A DNA stretch of 64,000 nt from positions 1,952,001-2,016,000 of the forward strand of contig OY970303.1 in NCBI GenBank assembly GCA_963716255.1. Direction: 5' to 3'. Positions within the stretch are counted from its first letter, which is position 1. The number at the start of each line of letters is the position of its first letter. The stretch comes from an uncultured Gemmatimonadales bacterium (lineage in GTDB: Bacteria; Gemmatimonadota; Gemmatimonadetes; Longimicrobiales; Longimicrobiaceae). The translations under genes were made by a program, and so were the position numbers. Under the pieces are notes generated by a model. It was not told the origin of the DNA and searched no databases. It saw only the letters and a program-made list of their open reading frames with translations. This document shows positions 10,207 to 18,388 of this stretch, in pieces.

Positions 10207-10394
10207 TGCCGCCCTCCTTTCACCCGGGATCACCGCCGGCCCCGCCGCGGGGTCCGGCGCAGCGGAAAGGATACCGCCCCGGCGGGGCGTGCACCACACC
10301 ACGCACGCACCGGAGACGACAACGCCCCGGCGCCGTGGAGCGCCGGGGCGGTGGCGAGGACCGTGACGCGCGCACGCCCGGCCCCGCCGGACGC

Positions 10395-10643
10395 TCAGAT
10401 CAGGATGCAGCTGCAGCGCGGACCGGTCGCGTACTGGGTGCAGCGGGCCTGCGAGTTGCCGGGCCCGTGGAGGTCGTCGCAGTACTCGACGCAGCGCTGC
10501 AGCTCGTACGCCGAGCAGACCGCCGCCCCCGCCGCCGAGGCCTCTGGCGACGCCGCGAGCGCCTGGCTCGCCCCGGCGCCGAGCACGCCGAGCATCAGCG
10601 CGTTGAACGCGCCCCGCGACAGCTTCCGGTTGGATCTCCGCAT
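10395..10643 (-). CDS. Secreted six-cysteine defensin-like peptide A (82 aa)
   Basis: Signal peptide ending SQALA; C-x7-C-x3-C-x12-C-x8-C-x-C; SD-like GAGGGA; paralogous to the adjacent gene. Confidence 0.8.
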   Translation of the reverse strand: MRRSNRKLSRGAFNALMLGVLGAGASQALAASPEASAAGAAVCSAYELQRCVEYCDDLHGPGNSQARCTQYATGPRCSCILI

Positions 10644-10698
10644 GGTTCACGTCCCTCGTGGGGGTGATGTGCCGGGCGCCGGCCGCGGCGCCCGGGGC

Positions 10699-10935
10699 TC
10701 AGAACGGCTGGCAGCTGCACACCGTGTTGCCGCTGGAGTACCTGGTGCAGCGGGCGAGCGCGCCCTGGGGATGGAGCGACAGGCAGTACTGGTTGCACCA
10801 GCTCTGCTCGGACGCCGAGCAGAACCCCGCGAATACCTGTGCCGCCGGCTCGCGGACGGACCCGAGGAAGAGCGCCCCGGCGAGCACCACCGCGGCGGAC
10901 GTGGCCTGCAGCACCTTCCGGCTGGATCGCTTCAT
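10699..10935 (-). CDS. Secreted six-cysteine defensin-like peptide B (78 aa)
   Basis: Basic N-terminus plus hydrophobic stretch; C-x7-C-x3-C-x11-C-x9-C-x-C; SD-like AGGGAG. Confidence 0.8.
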   Translation of the reverse strand: MKRSSRKVLQATSAAVVLAGALFLGSVREPAAQVFAGFCSASEQSWCNQYCLSLHPQGALARCTRYSSGNTVCSCQPF

Positions 10936-11113
10936 CGCTCACTCCCTGGCGTGGGTGCACCCCCGTCCGGCCACGGGACCGCGAAGACTCCGCCGCGGCC
11001 GGAGAAGGCATCCGCATGGTTTCCGACCAGTAATGCGGCACGAATCGTCTGGCGTCAATCTTTTCGTGCCGCGGACACGCGGCGCGGGAGCGCGGCAGCC
11101 GCCCCCGCCGACG

Positions 11114-11156
11114 AAAAAGCGCCCCCGCCGGGATCTCCCGGCGGGGGCGCCTCTTT
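11114..11156. terminator. Intrinsic terminator-like hairpin
   Basis: AAAAA-GCGCCCCCGCCGGGA-tc-TCCCGGCGGGGGCGC-CTCTTT. Confidence 0.7.
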
Positions 11157-11188
11157 CGCGTGCTCCGTGCTCTTCAGCACCGTGGGTC

Positions 11189-11236
11189 TTGCCAACGCAA
11201 AGGGGCCGCCGGATGATTACCATCCGACGGCCCCTC
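11189..11236 (-). terminator. Intrinsic terminator downstream of the small ORF
   Basis: Minus strand AGGGGCCGTCGGATG...CATCCGGCGGCCCCTTT. Confidence 0.65.
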
Positions 11237-11309
11237 GATTCTGCCGCTCCCCGACGCGATGCCGACCGGCTCGCGCCGCTGCGGAGAAAGTTCGCTGCGC
11301 AGTTCGGCG

Positions 11310-11399
11310 TCAGCCGACGCGGCGATCGCTTGCCCGGGTCAGGGAACGAACAGCATTCGGTTTGGCCAAGGGATCACCTCCTTCGTTCGGGTTGAACAT
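11310..11399 (-). CDS. Putative small peptide MFNPNEGGDPLAKPNAVRSLTRASDRRVG (29 aa, or 19 aa from TTG 11369)
   Basis: AAGGAGGTGATCC (11383-11371) directly precedes an in-frame TTG; terminator downstream. Confidence 0.4.
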   Translation of the reverse strand: MFNPNEGGDPLAKPNAVRSLTRASDRRVG

Positions 11400-11580
11400 C
11401 GGGCGTGGACTCCGTCGGAGCCGCAGTTCCGTGGTTCCGCGGCTCCCGGGTTCCCCCGGAGGCCGCCGGCCCCGTCGCCTGCAACCAGCGGCGACGCATG
11501 AAGATAAACATAATTTCAGAGCTGTCAACCCGCCCGTCCCCGGCGGATCTCCACCCACCTCGCGCACCGGAAAAGGACCC

Positions 11581-12258
11581 GTGCTCCGCTCCCTCGCCCT
11601 CGCTTCCCTCGCCCTCCTGGCGCTCCCCGGCACCGCCCGCGCGCAGGCCGCCATCGAGGAGCTGTTCTCCAAGACCGAGGCGGTGACCGTGTCCGGCAAC
11701 CTGGGATGCCTCACCGGCTCCGGCATCGCCACCGACTCCGGCAACTGCGGCCTCTACGGCTTCGGGCTGGAGGCCGTCATCAGCCTGGCCACGCCCCAGG
11801 GGAGCGGCTGGGGCTTCGAGCTGGCGCTGGGCTACGGGCAGCTCTCGGGGTTCCGCTCGGACGACCCGACGCTCGACCTGCGCGGCGCGGTGCGGGCGCT
11901 CCCCTCCATCGCGGCGTACGCGTCGCGCGAGCGCAGGATGCCGCTGGGGTTCGAGGACTTCTACTTCGGGCTGCACACCGGCTTCCTCCAGACGGTGAAC
12001 CTGCAGGCGTACGACCCGGAGGGGCGGCAGTATTCGCTGGAGGGCGAGACATTCGAGCTGGGGGTGTCGGTGGGGCTGTACCACCACTCGGGGCTCTTCG
12101 TGGAGCCCACGTACCGCTTCCGCTACTTCCCCAGCGTGGAGTGGACGCTCCCCGAGGGGGTGGACGCGGTGCCGGCCGGCTGGCCGCGGGGGCTCAACCT
12201 GAGCGGGCCGTCGGTGTCGGTGGGCTACCAGTTCTCGGTGCCGTCGTCGGACGGCTGA
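11581..12258 (+). CDS. Outer-membrane beta-barrel-like secreted protein
   Basis: GTG after AAAGGA; signal peptide ARA-Q; alternating aromatic beta-strands ending VSVGYQF. Confidence 0.7.
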   Translation: MLRSLALASLALLALPGTARAQAAIEELFSKTEAVTVSGNLGCLTGSGIATDSGNCGLYGFGLEAVISLATPQGSGWGFELALGYGQLSGFRSDDPTLDLRGAVRALPSIAAYASRERRMPLGFEDFYFGLHTGFLQTVNLQAYDPEGRQYSLEGETFELGVSVGLYHHSGLFVEPTYRFRYFPSVEWTLPEGVDAVPAGWPRGLNLSGPSVSVGYQFSVPSSDG

Positions 12259-12413
12259 ACGGCTTGTACTGCAACGGAGGGTTGGGGCGTGCCCCTCGCT
12301 GGCGCTCGGGTCGGGCTTCGCGCGCAGTAGGGCAGCAAACAACGCTGCCCGACTGCGCCGAGACGCCGCAGACTGCGCGGCGTCTCGGCCCTCCGGGCGC
12401 GAATCCCTCACGC
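12259..12413 (+). repeat. Structured intergenic repeat, copy 2 (divergent subtype)
   Basis: Same ends (GGGCGTGCCCC...GGGTCGGGCTTCG / ATCCCTCACGC); inner stems replaced by different but paired sequences. Confidence 0.85.
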
Positions 12414-12500
12414 GGCCGCTGTGCCGGATTCTGTCTGGTCGCGTTGTTGCGGGGACCTCGTGCGGTGCGTCCGTCCATCCGCCCACAGCCCCTCGCCGCC

Positions 12501-13442
12501 ATGTCCACACCCGATCCCGCTGCTCCCGGCGCCGCCGCCCCCCTGCGCGTGGCCGTCACCGGCTCCACCGGGCTGATCGGCACGCCGCTGGTGCGCGCGC
12601 TGCGCGCCGACGGCCACACCGTGCTCCGGCTGGTGCGCTCGCGCCCTGCTGCCGCCGGAGACGAGGTGTACTGGAACCCCGCGCTGGGCGAGATCGACAC
12701 GGCTGCGCTGGAGGGGGTGGACGCGGTGGTGCACCTGGCGGGTGAGAACGTGGGGCAGCCGCCGTGGACGGAGGAGCGCAAGCGCCGCATCATGGACAGC
12801 CGCGCACAGGGAACGTCGCTGGTGGCGCGGACGCTGGCCGGCCTGTCGCCGCGGCCGCGGGTGCTGGTGAGCGCGAGCGCCACCGGCTGGTACGGCGACC
12901 GCGGCGACGAGGTGCTCACCGAGGCGTCGCCGCCGGGCACCGGCTTCCTGGCGGAGGTGTGCCGCGCCTGGGAGGAGTCGGCCGAGCCGGCGCGCGCGGC
13001 GGGGATCCGCGTGGTGCACCCGCGTCTCGGGGTGGTGCTGGCGGGGGAGGGCGGCGCGCTGGAAAAGATGCTCACGCCCTTCAAGCTGGGGGTGGGCGGG
13101 AAGATGGGGAGCGGGCGGCAGTGGATGAGCTGGGTCGCCCTGCACGACGCGGTGGAGGCGCTGCGCTTCGCCCTGCGCGCGGACGGGCTCGCCGGCCCGG
13201 TCAACCTGACCTCGCCGGCCCCGGTCACCAACGCGGAGTTCACGCGGACGCTGGGCCATGTCCTGGGCCGCCCCACCGTGCTCGGCGTGCCGGAGTTCGT
13301 GCTGCGGCTCGCCCTGGGGGAGATGGCGGACCAGGCGCTGCTCGCCAGCCAGCGCGCCGTGCCGGACCGGCTGCGCGAGGCGGGGTTCGTCTTCCAGTAC
13401 CCGGACCTGGAGGGGGCGCTGCGGGTGGCGCTGGGGAAGTAG
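12501..13442 (+). CDS. TIGR01777-family NAD-dependent epimerase/oxidoreductase (YfcH-like)
   Basis: VAVTGSTGLIG, VVHLAGENV, GSGRQWMSWV, GFVFQYPDLEGAL. Confidence 0.9.
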   Translation: MSTPDPAAPGAAAPLRVAVTGSTGLIGTPLVRALRADGHTVLRLVRSRPAAAGDEVYWNPALGEIDTAALEGVDAVVHLAGENVGQPPWTEERKRRIMDSRAQGTSLVARTLAGLSPRPRVLVSASATGWYGDRGDEVLTEASPPGTGFLAEVCRAWEESAEPARAAGIRVVHPRLGVVLAGEGGALEKMLTPFKLGVGGKMGSGRQWMSWVALHDAVEALRFALRADGLAGPVNLTSPAPVTNAEFTRTLGHVLGRPTVLGVPEFVLRLALGEMADQALLASQRAVPDRLREAGFVFQYPDLEGALRVALGK

Positions 13443-13482
13443 GGAAACTCCCGCTCCGCGCTTCCCCTTCCACCCGGCGCCC

Positions 13483-14115
13483 ATGTCGCTCCAGGCCTTT
13501 GTCGCGCGGCAGCTCGCCCTCCCCTCCGGCCTCTTCGGGCGCTGGGTGATGGCGCCCATGCTGAACCGCGGGAACCGGGCGATGAACGGGCTCACGCTCC
13601 GGCAGCTCGCGCCCGGCCCCGCCGACCGCGTGCTGGAGGTGGGCTTCGGCGGTGGCGCGCTGCTCGGCGACATCCTCGCCGGCCCGTGCGCCTTCGCCGC
13701 GGGAGTCGACCTGTCGCCGGCCATGGTCGGGCGTGCCCGGCGCCGCTTCCGCTCCGCGATCGCCGCGGGCCGGGCGGAGCTGAAGGCGGGTTCGATCGAC
13801 GCGCTCCCCTACCCGGCGGACGCCTTCTCCGCCGTGTGCAGCGTCAACACCCTGTACTTCTGGCCGGACGTGGACGGGGCGCTGGCCGAGTGCCGGCGGG
13901 TGCTCGCCCCGGGCGGAAGGCTGGTGCTGACCTTCACCGACCGGGCCGCGCTGGAGCGCTGGCCCGGACACCGGCACGGCTTCACGCTGTACGAGCTCGC
14001 CGACGTCGAGCGGCACCTGCGCGGCGCGGGCTTCGATGCGCCCGACGTGGCCGAGGGAACGAACCCGGGCGAGGGCCGCTTCTTCTGCGTGCGCGCCCGG
14101 ACTCCTCTCGCCTGA
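13483..14115 (+). CDS. Class I SAM-dependent methyltransferase
   Basis: VLEVGFGGG, GVDLSPAM, SVNTLYFW, RVLAPGG. Confidence 0.85.
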   Translation: MSLQAFVARQLALPSGLFGRWVMAPMLNRGNRAMNGLTLRQLAPGPADRVLEVGFGGGALLGDILAGPCAFAAGVDLSPAMVGRARRRFRSAIAAGRAELKAGSIDALPYPADAFSAVCSVNTLYFWPDVDGALAECRRVLAPGGRLVLTFTDRAALERWPGHRHGFTLYELADVERHLRGAGFDAPDVAEGTNPGEGRFFCVRARTPLA

Positions 14116-14210
14116 CCGGCGCGCCGTCCGGCCCGCCCCATACGGGAACCGTGCGGCGCAGGCTCGCCGGGGCGACAGCAACGCGATGAAGGCGAGGACG
14201 CGGTGCGGTT

Positions 14211-14260
14211 CTCCCCCTTTCCCCCGCTTGCGGGGGAGAGGGGGTCGGGGGGTGAGGGGG
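14211..14260. repeat. REP-like palindrome
   Basis: CTCCCCCTTTCCCCCGCTTGCGGGGGAGAGGGGGTCGGGGGGTGAGGGGG. Confidence 0.65.
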
Positions 14261-14290
14261 ACCACCTGTTCGGACGCCAGCGCGGCGCCC

Positions 14291-14440
14291 GCGTGAGGGA
14301 TTTCGGCCCGAAGGGGCGAGACCCGGCGGGGCTGTTTCCGCCGGGTCTCGACTCCGTTGCAGACGGTCGTTTCGTCTGCTACGGAGCCGAAGCCCGACCC
14401 CGGCGCAGCCGGGGGCACGCCCGACCCGCGACCTTCAACC
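14291..14440 (-). repeat. Structured intergenic repeat, copy 3
   Basis: Reverse complement of the consensus, GCGTGAGGGAT...GGGGGCACGCCC. Confidence 0.9.
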
Positions 14441-14457
14441 CGGTATCACGTCGCCCC

Positions 14458-14727
14458 TCAGCCGACGTCGACAAGCGCCCGCCTCACCCGGTGCCGCTCC
14501 GCTTCCGCCCACGCGGCGAAGTCCTCCAGCCTGCCCAGCTGGCCGGTGGTGTCCTCCTGCGCGATCGTCGGGTCGGCCGCGGGCCCCGAGTCGAACGTGC
14601 GGATGAACTCCGTCAGCGCGGCCAGGTACTCGTCGGCGACGGCGCGGGTGTCCGGCGCGCGCTCCGCGGCGGCACGGTCGAACCGCGCGCGCATCTCCTC
14701 CAGCCCTGCCCTTTCCGAATCGTACAT
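14458..14727 (-). CDS. Hypothetical helical protein (89 aa)
   Basis: ATG with GGAG upstream; host-like codon pattern. Confidence 0.6.
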   Translation of the reverse strand: MYDSERAGLEEMRARFDRAAAERAPDTRAVADEYLAALTEFIRTFDSGPAADPTIAQEDTTGQLGRLEDFAAWAEAERHRVRRALVDVG

Positions 14728-14802
14728 CGCTTGCTCCGGGACCCTGGTGGCGCGGTGAGCGGCGCGTGCCGTGCAAGCTCGGCGCCAGGGCGGCCCCGGC
14801 CG

Positions 14803-15942
14803 CTACAGCAGCAGCGTTTCCACGCGGTGGGCGTGCACCATCCCCTCGCACTGCGACCAGGCGAAGATGGTGAAGCGGCCGTCCTGCGAGGCCACCAGGG
14901 CGAAGGCGTCGCGCTGGTCGTGCGCGAACTGCGCCGCGGACAGGTGGCGGGTGCCGCCGAGCTGCGTGGGGTGCAGCACCTGCGGCTCGCTCCCCAGCAC
15001 CGGCTCCGTGAGCACCACCTGCTCCACCGGCGGGCTCCCCTCCGCCCGCCCGATCTTCGCCCCGAAGGCGAGCAGCTCGTAGCGGTCGCTGAGCACCGCC
15101 GCGCCGTCCACGGCGGTGAGCCCGCCGATGGACTCCACCGCGCGCTCGAACGCCTCCTGCCAGGCGCTGCGCCTGCGCTCCTCCGTCTCCTGGCCGGTCA
15201 GCTTGGCGAGCTCCGCGAACGCCGGCACCACCGAGTAGCGGACGGGCGACACGATGGACTCGCGCCAGCGCGCGCTGCCGCCGGGGACCACCAGGAGCGA
15301 CCCACCGCGCCCGTGCGAGCGCATGGAGACGGCGAGCTGCAGGAGCACGTTGACCGAGTCGGCCCGGGCGCCGGGGGCGTCGGAGCCCAGCAGCAGCGTC
15401 ACCAGCGGCGGACAGTCGGGGAGGCGGGCGCCCCCCTCGTCCACCACCTTGACCTGGTCGCCCGCGAACACCACCACGTTGGCGAACTTGCTGAACTCGT
15501 CGCCACGGCGGTACTTGACCACCAGCACCCCCGGCTCCACCACTTCCAGGACGAAGCACAGCCGCGGGATGGTGCGCGTGGTCCCCCACACGTACAGCTC
15601 GCCGCCGTCGCGCCATACGCCCAGGTGGATGCCGGGGCGCTCCACGGCCGGCGACAGCCGGGTCAGCCCGCCGGGGGTGAAGGGGAGACGCGCCTCGAAG
15701 AGCATGGGGCCGTGCGCCCGCTCCGGCGGGAGGAACGCGAGCGAGACGCGGGTCGCGCGCCCCTCCTCGCGGCGCAGGCTGGCCCAGAACGCCGTGTCCA
15801 CGATCGCCTCCACCGCCGCCGCGTCGGGGTGGGGCGCCAGGTCGTCCCCGCCCTCGTCGCACGCTGCGGCGAGGTGGCGCGCGAAGATGTCCTCCACCGT
15901 GGCGGCGACCGCGCGCGCCGCCGGGTATGCCGGTTCCGTCAT
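14803..15942 (-). CDS. Sensor-domain (DACNV-like) plus DisA-type nucleotide cyclase (DAC) protein
   Basis: N-terminal AFWASLRREEG; C-terminal HGRGG, TAVDGA, GTRHLSAA, ASQDG. Confidence 0.75.
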   Translation of the reverse strand: MTEPAYPAARAVAATVEDIFARHLAAACDEGGDDLAPHPDAAAVEAIVDTAFWASLRREEGRATRVSLAFLPPERAHGPMLFEARLPFTPGGLTRLSPAVERPGIHLGVWRDGGELYVWGTTRTIPRLCFVLEVVEPGVLVVKYRRGDEFSKFANVVVFAGDQVKVVDEGGARLPDCPPLVTLLLGSDAPGARADSVNVLLQLAVSMRSHGRGGSLLVVPGGSARWRESIVSPVRYSVVPAFAELAKLTGQETEERRRSAWQEAFERAVESIGGLTAVDGAAVLSDRYELLAFGAKIGRAEGSPPVEQVVLTEPVLGSEPQVLHPTQLGGTRHLSAAQFAHDQRDAFALVASQDGRFTIFAWSQCEGMVHAHRVETLLL

Positions 15943-16063
15943 GCCCCCGCAGGTTCGAGTTTCCATGCCGCCGCCCCGCCACCGGCGCGGGCGGCCTCCC
16001 CCGGTCCCGCGCCGTGCACACCACGCGCCGCGGAACCGGCCACCCCCAGCCGAGGAGTCCGGG

Positions 16064-16591
16064 ATGAGACGCGTTCGCTACGCCGTGGGGATGAGCCTGG
16101 ACGCCCGCATCGCCGACCCGGAGGACGGGGTCGGCTGGATGATCGGCGACCCGGAGTACGACGGGACGGCCTTCTTCACGGAGATCGACACGATGCTGAT
16201 GGGGCGGCGCACCTTCGAGGCCGCGCGGCGCCAGGGCGGGGGCGCCATGCGGGGGATCCGCGGCTACGTGTTCTCGCGCACGCTGCGGGCGGAGGACTTC
16301 CCCGGCGTCACCGTCGTCGCGGAGGACGCGGCGGGGACGGTGGCCGCCCTGCGCGCGGAGGAGTCCGGCAGGGACATCTGGCTGGCGGGCGGCGGGGAAC
16401 TGTTCGGCAGCCTGGCGGAGGCGGGGCTGGTGGACACCGTGGAGATCGGGCTGAACCCCATCCTGCTCGGCGGCGGCATTCCCCTGGTGCCCTCGCTGCC
16501 GCGCTCCGTGCGGCTGACTCTCACGGAGAGCCGGGCGTACGGCAGCGGCCTGGTGGTCCTGCGCTACGACGTGCGGCGGGATTCCGCCTGA
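16064..16591 (+). CDS. Dihydrofolate reductase / RibD C-terminal family protein
   Basis: MSLDARIA, LMGRRTF, IWLAGGG, PILLGGGIPL. Confidence 0.88.
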   Translation: MRRVRYAVGMSLDARIADPEDGVGWMIGDPEYDGTAFFTEIDTMLMGRRTFEAARRQGGGAMRGIRGYVFSRTLRAEDFPGVTVVAEDAAGTVAALRAEESGRDIWLAGGGELFGSLAEAGLVDTVEIGLNPILLGGGIPLVPSLPRSVRLTLTESRAYGSGLVVLRYDVRRDSA

Positions 16592-16596
16592 AAAGA

Positions 16597-16750
16597 ACGG
16601 CTTTGAACGGCGGGTTCGGGCGTGCCCCCGGCTGGCGCCGGGGTCGGGCTTCGGCTCCGTAAGCCCGCAAACAACGCGGGCTAACGGAGTCGAGCCCCGG
16701 CGGAAACGGCCCCACCGGGTCTCGCCCCTTCGGGCCGGAATCCCTCACGC
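16597..16750 (+). repeat. Structured intergenic repeat, copy 4
   Basis: Consensus copy a few bp after the stop codon at 16591. Confidence 0.9.
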
Positions 16751-16809
16751 GACTGCCGGTGCGGCCGCGGCATCCGGTGGGACGCGCGGCGGTACTGCGC
16801 ATGGCGATT

Positions 16810-18288
16810 TCAGCCCCGCGCCTGCTCCTCGGCCAGCACCTCGCGGCCCAGGGCGACGACGCCGTCGGCCAGCGCGTCGAAGTCCTCGCGGCGGCTGCGG
16901 TGGTTGACGTTGGCGGCACGGATGGCGAAGCGGCCCCGCAGCACCGTGCTGGAGGGGACGGCGATCCCCCGCTCCTGGAGGCGCAGCAGCACCTCGGCGT
17001 TGACGCGGTCCAGCACCTCGTCCGCGGCGCCGGCGGGTGCGTAGCGGAAGCAGACCACGTTGAGCGGCACCGGGGCGAGCAGCTCCAGCTCCGGGTGCGC
17101 CTCCACCCGGGCGGCCAGGTGGCGGGCCTGGCGGACGTTCTGCTCGATGAGGCGCGCCAGCTTGTCCACGCCGTACGCCTTGAGCGACATCCACACCTTG
17201 AGCGCCTTGAAGCCGCGGGTGAGGTCCACGCCGCGCTCGGCGAAGGGGAGCCCCGCGGACATCACCCCGCGCTCGGCCCCGGCCAGGTAGGCGGCCGTCA
17301 TGGCGAAGGCGGCGCGGTGCACCTCCGGGTCGCGCACCAGCACGCACGCGCACTCGAAGGGGAGGTACCCCCACTTGTGCAGGTCGAACCCCACCGAGTC
17401 CGCCTCCTCCAGCCCCGCCACCCCCGGCCGCAGCGCGTCCGACAGGTACGCCAGCGCCCCGAAGGCCCCGTCCACGTGGAACCACAGCCCCTCCCGCCGG
17501 CAGAATTCCGCCAGCGCCCGCAGGTCGTCCGTGGCGCCGGTGTTCACCGTCCCCGCGGTGCCCACCACGCACACGGGCCGGAGCCCCGCCGCGCGGTCCT
17601 CCGCCACCCTGCGGGCCAGCGCGGCCGGGTCCATCCGGTATTCGCCGTCCACCGGGACGCGGCGGAAGGCGCGGTTCCCCATCCCCAGCAGCTCCACCGC
17701 CCTCCCCAGCCAGCCGTGCGTCTCGACCGAGGCGTAGACCGTCAGCCGGGGCCCGCCGTGGAGCCCTTCCGCGCGCACGTCGAAGCCCGCCTTTGCGTGC
17801 CGCGCGACGGCGAGGCCCAGGACGTTGGCCATGGTGCCGCCGGTCACCAGCACGCCGCCGGCCCCGGGCGGAAAGCCCAGGAGCACGGCGAGCCAGCGGA
17901 CCACCTGCGCCTCCACCAGCGCGGGCGCCTGGGTGAAGCCGGCCATGTGCGGGTTCATGGCCGCGGCGAGCATGTCCGCCATCATCCCCAGCGGCGTGCC
18001 GTTGCCCTGCACCCACCCCCAGAAGCGCGGGTGCCGGTTGCCGTTGGCGTAGGGGAGCACGCTGCGCACGAACTCGTCGTACACCGCCTCCTCGCCCGCG
18101 CCCGCGTACGGCACCGGCTCGTCCAGGGCGCGCCTCACCTCGTCGGGGAGGGGCTGCCAGGCGGGGCGCTCGCGCAGCGTGGCCAGGTGGTCCAGGGTGT
18201 CGTCCAGCATGCGGTGGGCGAGCGCGCGGAACCGGTCCCAGCTCTCCGGGTCCAGCGTCTCCTCCGGCGGGGTGTGCTCCGTCTGCAT
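16810..18288 (-). CDS. Group II PLP-dependent (aromatic amino acid-type) decarboxylase
   Basis: HPRFWGWV, GGTMAN, GTAGTVNTGATD, HVDGAFG, DLHKW. Confidence 0.9.
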   Translation of the reverse strand: MQTEHTPPEETLDPESWDRFRALAHRMLDDTLDHLATLRERPAWQPLPDEVRRALDEPVPYAGAGEEAVYDEFVRSVLPYANGNRHPRFWGWVQGNGTPLGMMADMLAAAMNPHMAGFTQAPALVEAQVVRWLAVLLGFPPGAGGVLVTGGTMANVLGLAVARHAKAGFDVRAEGLHGGPRLTVYASVETHGWLGRAVELLGMGNRAFRRVPVDGEYRMDPAALARRVAEDRAAGLRPVCVVGTAGTVNTGATDDLRALAEFCRREGLWFHVDGAFGALAYLSDALRPGVAGLEEADSVGFDLHKWGYLPFECACVLVRDPEVHRAAFAMTAAYLAGAERGVMSAGLPFAERGVDLTRGFKALKVWMSLKAYGVDKLARLIEQNVRQARHLAARVEAHPELELLAPVPLNVVCFRYAPAGAADEVLDRVNAEVLLRLQERGIAVPSSTVLRGRFAIRAANVNHRSRREDFDALADGVVALGREVLAEEQARG

Positions 18289-18388
18289 TCCGTTCCTGTC
18301 GGTGAAGGGGAACGGGAGAGATAGCGCGTCCGGGCGCGCCGCCGCCACCCGGACCTTGCGCTCGAATCCGGCGCCGGGACGGGGCCGC

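Noticed and set aside
10395..10935. Radical-SAM or lanthipeptide RiPP cluster
   Set aside because: No modifying enzyme or peptidase-ABC exporter nearby; Sec-like signals and six Cys fit disulfide-bonded peptides.
11371..11383. 16S rRNA gene fragment
   Set aside because: Only the 13-nt terminus matches; flanks are not rRNA-like.
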